This document shows positions 1 to 8,362 of a stretch of 64,000 bases of DNA, in pieces (within the stretch, counting starts at the first letter, position 1; each line of letters starts with the position of its first letter). The position numbers and the translations under genes are program-made. The DNA is taken from NCBI GenBank assembly GCA_963796965.1, contig CAWCNS010000008.1, positions 332,379 to 396,378 of the forward strand, given 5' to 3'. The stretch comes from Calditrichia bacterium. Lineage in GTDB: Bacteria > Calditrichota > Calditrichia > JAJRVZ01. The notes under the pieces were generated by a model. It saw only the letters and a list, made by a program, of their open reading frames with translations. It was not told where the DNA came from and searched no databases.

Positions 1-1445
1 CGATCGGCAGAGAGGAGTATAACACCATCTATTTTATTACCGACCAGAAAATCAAAAATCTCATTCCGCTCATTTCGGAATCCATTCCAGGTATCGCGTG
101 CTTCACCCTTTGAAGCAAAGGTCCAGGGTACAGGTGAGGCAATAACTTTAAAGGTGGCCTCAGATTGGGACAGAGCATCCAAGAGCCATTTTTTCTGATT
201 TGGTCCCAACATGGTTGGATTATCCTCAAATGGATTAGTGCGATAGAATCGTCCATCCAGCATAAAGAAGTCAATATCAGCAATAGAAAAACGGGTCCAG
301 CAACCGGGCCAATCTGTATTCCCATAGCTGGGATTGATCCAATTCTGTTTAAATACCTCCATCAAAGGCATCTTCCATGCGGGTTTATCTTTATAGGGGC
401 CTAACCAGGTGTCATCAGTCGCTGCATCATGATCATCCCAAATGGCATAAACCGGCGTTGAAGAAACAAGTCTGCGAAATTCCGGACGGGACTGCCGGCG
501 ATAGTAGGTATAATAATGTACCCCGTTGGGCATCTCCGGCATATTGATGTAAACATTATCTCCGAGGAACAAGAAAGCATCAGGTCCATTATTATTAATG
601 ACATCCCACATACGCTCATTCTCAGGTACATAGCCGGCACCACCGCCGAATCCAATGGTTATCTCAGCCCCCCCTTTTCCCGAGGGATAGGTTTGGAACG
701 ACGGATAAGCAGGCGCTAAGGTGGACTCTCCATCAACTAAAATATCATAGTAGTATAGAGTCTCAGGTTTCAGTTCTGAAACATCGAGAATCGCTGTGTA
801 ATCCATACGTTTATTAGTTCTGACCACTTCTGATTTAAGTTTTTTTACTGTATCCTTGCTCTGACCTAATAGTACCTGGACATTTGCTTCTCTGGCGGTA
901 CGTACCCAGACACTAACCCCGTCATCTTTCATACGGCCTATCATTGGACCATGAATTAATGCGCGACCTCGCTCCTGTTCTAATTCTTTAAAAGCAGTAA
1001 TTTGACTTAAAGCCTGTAATTCTTTTCGAGGACCGGCCTGGAATCTTTCGAATGGTAAACCACGATCAAGCGCTTCATTGACGTTTTTTATAGCCTCATT
1101 CTCCTGATTTAGCTGGGCCCGGGCTATGGCAAGATTGTACAAGGATTCTAGATCATTCGGATCGTCCTCAAGTAATTCCATGCAATAGTCAATAGTTTCC
1201 TGCGGGCGGCCTTCGACAATATCCAGCATCTGACGCTGGCCACGGCGTTTATAGAATCTTTTATTATGTTCGTAAAAGAAACGCCGGTTCCATTCATTTT
1301 CACTGCCATAATAGGGTCTGTCAGAGCCTTCCAGGTAGGCATCCGGGGGCGCAAACTCCCCCATTTCTTCTTTTCCTAACTCCGTTTCACAATTAAAAAA
1401 AATAAATATCATGGGAATGAGTACAATAAAATATTTAGATTTCAT
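1..1445 (-). CDS. PhoD-family alkaline phosphatase/phosphodiesterase lipoprotein with N-terminal TPR-like region (runs off window start)
   Basis: Manual translation (absent from ORF track because it has no stop in the window): MKSKYFIVLIPMIFIFFNC lipobox; IHGPMIG..VWVRT; FLGDNVY; AIWDDHD; FMLDGRFYR; DTWNGFRNER; LLSADR, all PhoD-type motifs. Confidence 0.85.
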   Translation of the reverse strand, partial: MKSKYFIVLIPMIFIFFNCETELGKEEMGEFAPPDAYLEGSDRPYYGSENEWNRRFFYEHNKRFYKRRGQRQMLDIVEGRPQETIDYCMELLEDDPNDLESLYNLAIARAQLNQENEAIKNVNEALDRGLPFERFQAGPRKELQALSQITAFKELEQERGRALIHGPMIGRMKDDGVSVWVRTAREANVQVLLGQSKDTVKKLKSEVVRTNKRMDYTAILDVSELKPETLYYYDILVDGESTLAPAYPSFQTYPSGKGGAEITIGFGGGAGYVPENERMWDVINNNGPDAFLFLGDNVYINMPEMPNGVHYYTYYRRQSRPEFRRLVSSTPVYAIWDDHDAATDDTWLGPYKDKPAWKMPLMEVFKQNWINPSYGNTDWPGCWTRFSIADIDFFMLDGRFYRTNPFEDNPTMLGPNQKKWLLDALSQSEATFKVIASPVPWTFASKGEARDTWNGFRNERNEIFDFLVGNKIDGVILLSAD

Positions 1446-1484
1446 TTTTCTCTCATTTCTTATGGTAAACGAATTATTTTTATT

Positions 1485-1581
1485 AACCACAAAGGACACT
1501 AAGAAGACACCAAGATCACAAAGTTCCTATTATATATTTTTTCTTTGAGAACTTTGTGCTTCCTTTGAGCACTTTGTGGTT
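1485..1581. repeat. Family A intergenic inverted-repeat element (CACAAAG variant)
   Basis: AACCACAAAGGACACTAAGAAGACACCAAGATCACAAAG ... CTTTGAGAACTTTGTGCTTCCTTTGAGCACTTTGTGGTT. Confidence 0.8.
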
Positions 1582-1648
1582 AGGTCTTTAGAATTATTCT
1601 ATAAAGATTCTAATATTTTATCCCGCATCACGTATCTCATATCCCAGA

Positions 1649-3355
1649 TCATTTATACTCTCTTCCATCCGGCGGATAGGGAACCTTCGTAATTGTCTGC
1701 TTGTGTTTCACTGGCTTATAATTATTAGGCCTTTTAACCGTATAGGTAATATCATCTAAATAAACGTCTACATACTTTCCGCCTTTTCGTGGATTCAAAA
1801 TCCCAAACCGATCAAATGTGGAACCGATCTGACGCTGTTCTTTGGTTAGATCAGCCATAAACGAAGTTGTATCCAGGGTAACGGTAATCCGCCCTGCCAA
1901 CCCTGCCTCCGGATCATACTTAAAACTAAAGGGACGTTTAATACGATCCGGAATATAAATAGGACCGTGATTTTCAATACTGATATCCTGTCGGGGTGAA
2001 CAAACCGCTGTAAAATAATAACCGGCCTGGGTCTGGTCCATTACTTCCAATCCAAGATATTGATGGGGAGGATTTCCTTTGTACTCACCCTGAACCTCGG
2101 CCAATTTTTCCTTTCGGTTAAAATATCCCACAAGCATTCGCCCATCAACAGCACCTTCGGGGAAATTGATCATACCTGAAAATTCAATAGGATCTTCAAG
2201 GGTTAGTTTCCCTATATCATCAGCATAATAACCATGCCAGGGATCTTTGACCTCAGTACCCCAAAACCGGCCACCGATCTCCCCGGCAGATTTACCGGCC
2301 CAGTTAGTTTGGGAGAAGCCAAAATTCTGCCGGGCATGGAAGTCGCCCTGAATAAAGGTTTCACGGTTCCCCTCACCGGGCCAGTGGGGATTTTGAGACA
2401 AATCAATTTTCTGTTCATTCACAACAAGACCAGAGATATAAAACTCCATGCTACCATGGTAGACCTGCATATTATAAATGCCAAAACGGTTAATGATACT
2501 TTCATGATCGCTATGGCCCGGAAGCAAAAAGAAACTGACCGGTGCATAATCATCAAAGTAGAAGGTGATTTTCCCCTTCATGCCTGCCGGATTTCTTTCA
2601 ATATCCCAGAGATGATAGGAGCCTTTACGATACCAGTGGTCTATCAAACCGTCATCACGGGCCCTGAGGAGTAAGGCATGAAGATCCTCCCGCTTTAAAT
2701 TGGGTTCATCCTTTAAGGCCCTTTCATAGATCTTATCTTCATGAACATTGGACTTCTCAGTGATCCATTTAGGTAACCTCGGATCCGGCCAGGTATCGGC
2801 GACCTTTGCCTCAGGATCATATTCGAGCTTCCAGTCATGAACTGAGCCATCACAGGGAATTTCAATATCAGGATTGAGGATCGCTCCCCGCGCTTTACCG
2901 GTTTTATAATCAAGATGAAATCTGGATTGGCCGTTTTTAACCTTCCCCATACGGAAGCCAAAAGATGACCAAACCCGCCATCCCTGACGCTCTGCATTAA
3001 AAAATCCAATATAGAAACCCTCGCCCTCTTTTGGTGGGCCAATCAATGCCAATTTACCGGACGCGGATAGTTTATCTTTAAAGGAATAGGGGCCAAGGGG
3101 CATGGCATAGTAGGCAGGTGTGGTGGACTTCCATATTGTACCACCTATTTCACCAGGACCTTGCCCGGTTTTATTGGTAGGATTCCAGCCAAAGTCCTGG
3201 GTGATGGTCGGACAATCCGAGCATTCGATACGGTTATGATAATTTTCCCACCCCGGATCCTGATCGAAACTTTGATTGATTTGTGTAATCTCCTGGGCTT
3301 GTACAGGAACGATTATCAATATGGATACGATGGCTAAAAGGGATAGATATTTCAT
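1649..3355 (-). CDS. Secreted hypothetical protein with two-fold internal duplication
   Basis: Signal peptide ending VQA-Q; QDFGWNPTN..GEIGGTIW..YYA is repeated as QNFGFSQTN..GEIGGRFW..YYA. Confidence 0.75.
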   Translation of the reverse strand: MKYLSLLAIVSILIIVPVQAQEITQINQSFDQDPGWENYHNRIECSDCPTITQDFGWNPTNKTGQGPGEIGGTIWKSTTPAYYAMPLGPYSFKDKLSASGKLALIGPPKEGEGFYIGFFNAERQGWRVWSSFGFRMGKVKNGQSRFHLDYKTGKARGAILNPDIEIPCDGSVHDWKLEYDPEAKVADTWPDPRLPKWITEKSNVHEDKIYERALKDEPNLKREDLHALLLRARDDGLIDHWYRKGSYHLWDIERNPAGMKGKITFYFDDYAPVSFFLLPGHSDHESIINRFGIYNMQVYHGSMEFYISGLVVNEQKIDLSQNPHWPGEGNRETFIQGDFHARQNFGFSQTNWAGKSAGEIGGRFWGTEVKDPWHGYYADDIGKLTLEDPIEFSGMINFPEGAVDGRMLVGYFNRKEKLAEVQGEYKGNPPHQYLGLEVMDQTQAGYYFTAVCSPRQDISIENHGPIYIPDRIKRPFSFKYDPEAGLAGRITVTLDTTSFMADLTKEQRQIGSTFDRFGILNPRKGGKYVDVYLDDITYTVKRPNNYKPVKHKQTITKVPYPPDGREYK

Positions 3356-3390
3356 AGTTTATTATCCTATTCTGGGTGATGATGGCACAT

Positions 3391-3421
3391 GATATAGTCC
3401 ATCTCAAAGATGGACTATATC
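3391..3421. repeat. REP-like palindrome (family E), copy 1
   Basis: GATATAGTCCATCT-CAA-AGATGGACTATATC, near-identical to 5170-5200. Confidence 0.8.
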
Positions 3422-3457
3422 GCAAAGATACGATCTATTTTAATTATAAATCGACGT

Positions 3458-3557
3458 AGATCCGGGAACAAGTCATCCTTCTAAAGGAATGTCTTCAGCA
3501 GAAGGAGAACTTTGGACAGAATGACATTCTAGTCATCCCGAATTTGGTTCGGGATCT
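3458..3557. repeat. Family C palindromic element
   Basis: GTCATCCCGAATTTGGTTCGGGATCT plus upstream AGATCCGGGAACAAGT..GAATGAC; related to 56378-56440 and 62541-62566. Confidence 0.65.
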
Positions 3558-3568
3558 CGAGAGCAAGA

Positions 3569-4981
3569 TTAATTCTGTAAGTCAAAACCAAAGATTTGTG
3601 CATTTTGAAGTTCAATTTCTAAACAAATCGTTTGACCTTGCAAACTTGCGAAATCTCCCTTCCAATTGACTGGAATATCAACATCGTCACCTTTGACATC
3701 GATCCAACCAAATCCACTAAGAGGGGATCCATCAGATTCAATAAGCCGCATGCGCATATTTCCCACAACCTTTGCATTGACCGTCATGGTCTTTCCCTGA
3801 ATAGAGACTGGCTTGCTGATCAACTTGCCCGGAACGATTGAGGCTTCATAGGCAACATATCGGTCACGGGGCATGATGGCCAGACCTATTTGCCGCTCAT
3901 TAAAACGATCAACCTTATGTCCATGGGCATATCCACCATAGTAAACATACGTTTTATCGTCTACGATAATCTGCTCATCACCCCAGACATGGGCATGATC
4001 CCAGGTTCCCGGAATCATATTTCTATCTAAAAATGGCTGATGATCGCGCTGCCAGGTACGTCCATCCCGACTCCAGGCAAGAACTGTATATCCCAACCCA
4101 GCAGCCTTACGATTCATATCGCCCATTTGTTTCCCGGTTTTACCCGGGGTGGCATTAATATCATCCCTCAGAATTTTTACCAAACCAATGAGCAAATCTC
4201 CTCGGGTTATAACGCCAGACATGGCATAGAACTGGGTCTCACCTTTTTCTATCGGCGCACCTATTTTACCCGTCATGATTGGCCAAGGTTCTTCCCATTT
4301 CATCAGGTCTTTACTAACACTTTGGTGCGGCGTGCGCTGATTATCATTCCATTCATCGTTGCGTTTCCATACAGAAACAATGGCCAGATAGTGCTCACGA
4401 ATGGGATCCCAATGCATTGAGGATATATCATGATTATGCTTCAGGGGTGCCTCGGGTTTGATTGGTTTCCAGTCAAATCCATCCGCAGAAGTGGAAATCA
4501 TCATTCCATCCGTCATATAGGTAGCCAAAACATAGCGTTTCGCCGGATCAGTATTAACCATCCCCTGGTCTAAAACTGTGACACCAAATTTTATTTTATG
4601 CGGATCTTTTAAAACCCGATGCGGACGGATCCAGTTGATGCCATCTTCAGATTCGAGATAACCAATATGTGATTGACTTTTATGCTCCGGGGTATTGTAC
4701 CACATTCGAAATCGATCTGTTTTATCATCCCTAAGTACAGACATATAGGGCTGGAAATTATCATCACCACCCTTTTTTCCGCTAATGATCGGCTCAGGCA
4801 GTTTCTCCGGATTATTTACCGTCCGGCTTAAAAATGATTTCTCGGCAACCAGATAATCATCAATAAACAGATGCAGCCCTGTTTTTAATACGATTGCTTC
4901 ATCATTAGTCTTTTGACTACAACCTGTAATTATCTGGCCAAGCACCAGAATAAGCGTCAATCCAAATACATATTTTTTCAT
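3569..4981 (-). CDS. Five-bladed beta-propeller glycoside hydrolase-like (GH32/GH43 clan-like) lipoprotein
   Basis: Start moved to MKKYVFG (RBS AGGAG); lipobox IITGC; LFIDD, FRMWY, ESEDGINW, SADGFDW, WSRDGRTW, GTWD motifs; C-terminal beta-sandwich. Confidence 0.7.
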   Translation of the reverse strand: MKKYVFGLTLILVLGQIITGCSQKTNDEAIVLKTGLHLFIDDYLVAEKSFLSRTVNNPEKLPEPIISGKKGGDDNFQPYMSVLRDDKTDRFRMWYNTPEHKSQSHIGYLESEDGINWIRPHRVLKDPHKIKFGVTVLDQGMVNTDPAKRYVLATYMTDGMMISTSADGFDWKPIKPEAPLKHNHDISSMHWDPIREHYLAIVSVWKRNDEWNDNQRTPHQSVSKDLMKWEEPWPIMTGKIGAPIEKGETQFYAMSGVITRGDLLIGLVKILRDDINATPGKTGKQMGDMNRKAAGLGYTVLAWSRDGRTWQRDHQPFLDRNMIPGTWDHAHVWGDEQIIVDDKTYVYYGGYAHGHKVDRFNERQIGLAIMPRDRYVAYEASIVPGKLISKPVSIQGKTMTVNAKVVGNMRMRLIESDGSPLSGFGWIDVKGDDVDIPVNWKGDFASLQGQTICLEIELQNAQIFGFDLQN

Positions 4982-5010
4982 CGTAATTTTTACTCCTATG
5001 TAATTTTCTT

Positions 5011-5162
5011 TCTCACGCAGCGACGCAACGACGCAGCGATATTTATAAATTTTTATTACATTTATACTCAACAATCTTAAAATTGAAGATTGATCTAATC
5101 GATTTATTAAAATATTTATACTTAAATGTATAATTATATTTTCGTTGCGGCGCTGCGTGAGA
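5011..5162. repeat. Family A intergenic inverted-repeat element
   Basis: TCTCACGCAGCGACGCAACGACGCAGCG ... AT-rich core ... CGTTGCGGCGCTGCGTGAGA. Confidence 0.85.
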
Positions 5163-5169
5163 GCCATTG

Positions 5170-5200
5170 GATGTAGTCCATCTCTAAGATGGACTACATC
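5170..5200. repeat. GTAG-type REP-like palindrome (family E), copy 2; contains the stop codon of the DapA-family gene
   Basis: GATGTAGTCCATCT-CTA-AGATGGACTACATC. Confidence 0.8.
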
Positions 5201-6129
5201 TCAGAAGAGATAAACTTCGTTATATCTCCAAAATCAAAGGCCTTCATATCTTCCCTGATTTGTTTTTCTCTGTCTTCTCCCAATCGCGTCAACGGTGGCA
5301 TCACCGTTGTACCACAAAGTCCATATTCTGCGAGCATTACCTTCAACATGGCAATGACCTCACTCAGGACGATATCTTTCTGATGGAAATTAGCAATGGG
5401 ATCAATCTGCGCCTGTAACTCCTCACTCCTCTCTCTTCTCTCTTCCCATACAGCGGTATATAGCTCAGAAAAAAGATGCGGTACCAAATTAGCCGTACTT
5501 GGAACAATACCATCAAACCCACTTTCCAGAGCATACTGTGACTTGACCGTCCAGCCACTCAGAATTGAAAAGTCATCACGCCCAGCAAAGAGCGAAGCCA
5601 ATTGATCCATCCTTTCTACAGAACGTTCAGAATCTTTAAGGCCAACGATGTTTTCATGATGACTGAGTTGCTCAAGAACATCAAGAGGTATGGAAATTTT
5701 AGTTGTACCGGGGATATTATAGATCATTACCGGTGCAGGCAGCCGGTCAGCGAGCGATTGATAAAATTTCAGAATTTGAATAGGTGTTAATGGATAATAG
5801 GGAGGCGGATGACAGACGAAAACGTCTACCCCCAGATCGAAATATTGGTGGGCTTGTAATACGGAATTCTCTACACAGGTATCAGATATACCTGCATAGA
5901 TGGGTGTTCTTTGATCTACAAATTCGACAACCCTATCGATAAAAATTTTGCGTAGTTCCTCCGGAATTGATAGGCATTCGCCAGTTGTACCAAGAACAAA
6001 TGGAATAGTGTTTGCCTTGATGAGGAAATTGAGAAGTTTCTCAAGAGATTGTGAATCTATATTTGCGGTTTCTTCAAATGGTGTAATCATCGGAATAATA
6101 ACACCATGATATTTTTTCTGTTGATTCAT
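5194..6129 (-). CDS. Dihydrodipicolinate synthase / N-acetylneuraminate lyase family class I aldolase, probably a sugar-acid aldolase
   Basis: GVIIPMITPF, GTTGE, IYNIP (Tyr), GLKDS (Schiff-base Lys); start MNQQKK after GGAG. Confidence 0.88.
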   Translation of the reverse strand: MNQQKKYHGVIIPMITPFEETANIDSQSLEKLLNFLIKANTIPFVLGTTGECLSIPEELRKIFIDRVVEFVDQRTPIYAGISDTCVENSVLQAHQYFDLGVDVFVCHPPPYYPLTPIQILKFYQSLADRLPAPVMIYNIPGTTKISIPLDVLEQLSHHENIVGLKDSERSVERMDQLASLFAGRDDFSILSGWTVKSQYALESGFDGIVPSTANLVPHLFSELYTAVWEERRERSEELQAQIDPIANFHQKDIVLSEVIAMLKVMLAEYGLCGTTVMPPLTRLGEDREKQIREDMKAFDFGDITKFISSEM

Positions 6130-6633
6130 TAGTATCTCCGAACAGTAATTATTCAAATTCCGACGTTATATGTTCTCAGGATGTATAAATGTCACGAATC
6201 ACTTGCCCTATCAAATTGTGGAAACAGATAAATTTACCAGGCTATATTGAGGAAAATTGATTAAATGATGTAAAAAACGAATCTCCATTAATGATAGATA
6301 AAAGAGATGTGGATGCTTGCCCTTGCCCAGATCCAACAATCTACAGGAATAATAAAAAGAGATTGTCCAACAACTTATGTCATCTATTTAGAAGCATTAA
6401 TGACAGCAAGAATTCGGGTAGAGTGATATATAAAATCCTCCAACACTTTATTTCAGTTAACTCAGCCAGCACAAAATCTCTGATTGAATGATCATGCAAA
6501 TATAATTCTGAGAGAATAAAAAATAAGAACTATTGGGTTCTAATTTTCTCTCAGAATATCTAAGTCGATTCTATTATTCGCTTTAGATAAATGAACAATT
6601 CTCTTTAATATATGACACTGACATCGAACGCCG

Positions 6634-8195
6634 TTACTGAATCTGCCCATCAGCATCGACCTTCAGAATATACATATCAGAAGATCGGCTAAAACTTCTG
6701 GTTCCACCACTAATGATATATCCGTTGGGGGTATCTTCACGTACACAGGAAGCACCATCCCCACCATTTCCACCATAGTTTTCCTGCCAGAGCAATGTAC
6801 CGGAATTATCGGTTTTTACAATGTAGACATCTTCACCTTCATTAGCACTGAAGCTTTTTGAATTGCCAACGACCAAATATCCCTGATCGCTGGTACTAAT
6901 AATTGATGAGCCGCCATCATTTCTGTCACCACCATAGGATTTCGCCCACTCTTCAATTCCGGCTGAATTAGTTTTAACCACATAAAGATCCTGGGCATTT
7001 ATAACCGTATAGCCGGTCATAACATAGCCACCATCATTAGATATGATCACATCTTTGGCCTCATCCCAGTCAGCACCGCCATAGGTATTCGTCCATTCCT
7101 CGTTTCCATCCGCATCGGTTTTTACCAGATAAAAATCAAAGCTCGCCGTGCCCTGAGACCCTGCAAACACATATCCACCGTCTGCCGTCTGTTTGACACC
7201 ATGTGCATTCTCTCCTTCATACGCGCCAGGTATTTTAGAGCCATAATTTTTTAACCATTCCTGACTAAAACTGCCATCAAGTTTAAGTAGCAAGGCATCG
7301 ATAAAATCACCTTCTGTTGCCGTATTCTCTGTTTTTCCGGCCACAATATAACCACCGTCATTCGTCTTCTCAATAGCATAAGCGTAGTCTACTAATGTAC
7401 CCCCATAGGTCGACCAGTTTTCCAGAATCCCGTTAGCATCTGTTTTTACAACATAAACTTTATTTGATGTAAGGTCAGAAGTGGCAGATCCACCGGCGGC
7501 AACAAATCCACCATCATCAGCGATCACCACACTGCTAAATCCGGAAGTACCGGCACCTGGATATTTTTCTGTCCATTGAACATTCCCATAGCGGTCCAGA
7601 AGTGTGAGTGTAGCAACATTCCATCCCAAGGCCAGCATCAAATGTACTGCCGGCGACAATAAATCCGCCATTATGTGTAATTCTAACAGATGAAGCGCCA
7701 TCACTTTCCTGACTCCCTATTATACGCTCAAAGGTAATGGAGGCACCAGAAGATTCCGTACCTCCTGCTAGAAGATCATAATAATCCGGACTCGTTTTGG
7801 CATTACTTTCAATTTTCACCTTCGCGGAGAACATACCACTCGACTGTGGATTAAAGTTTATGCCGATTATAGTTGATTCGATCTCACCTAATTCAATAGC
7901 CCCGGAGTCAACCACAGTGAACAATTCCGTATCTGTTCCATCTAAAACTAATTGAGGTATCAATAATTTCTGATCACCGCTATTACTTATTTTAAATTCT
8001 CGATAAGTTCCCTGTCCGGCAGGAATCTGGCCAAAGTAAAGTTCTGGCTGTGGTGACACGACTACCTTGGGTCCTTCCGTTGTTGGTTCTGTGGATTCAT
8101 TGTCAGATGAACACCCAATAATATGAAAGATTAAAGACGAGCAATATGAGTAAACCAGAATTCAGGCAAAATCTAAAATTTTGCGAAATTTTCAT
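6634..8195 (-). CDS. Secreted/lipoprotein with Ig-like (ASH/choice-of-anchor D) domain and beta-propeller repeats; frameshifted near 8120 and 7625
   Basis: ORFs 7535-8059 and 6634-7704 join; repeats of type DGGY..AG..YLVKTD..G..W..YGG; N-terminal IIGCSSDNE in an alternative frame. Confidence 0.7.
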
Positions 8196-8294
8196 GTATA
8201 GAGACTCCTTTTTGATCAAATGATTTAACCAGGTATATTTTATGCTCATTTAGATAATATAGTTCCTGATTTATACACCAACATGATCAAATCA

Positions 8295-8325
8295 AAGACA
8301 GCGCAGCAATTCGCTGCGCTGTCTT
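8295..8325 (-). terminator. Rho-independent terminator after the TonB-dependent receptor
   Basis: AAGACAGCGCAGC-AATTC-GCTGCGCTGTCTT, 13-bp perfect stem about 40 nt past the stop. Confidence 0.75.
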
Positions 8326-8362
8326 ATTCTTATTTAACTATGGAAGACCAATATCACCAATC

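Noticed and set aside
29..1354. Short ORFs listed in the first 1.4 kb and most 60-150 aa overlapping ORFs elsewhere
   Set aside because: They are shadow frames of longer genes with clear family motifs (here the PhoD gene)
4982..5167. N-terminal extensions in the ORF track (also 24375-24431, 30687-30869, 39749-39847)
   Set aside because: They run through repeat or AT-rich DNA; downstream ATGs have signal peptides and mostly a clear RBS
6160..6630. Possible small gene or ncRNA in the AT-rich spacer (hairpin TTCTGAGAGAA..TTCTCTCAGAA at about 6506-6556)
   Set aside because: No recognisable RNA family or coding signal; a single hairpin is not enough evidence
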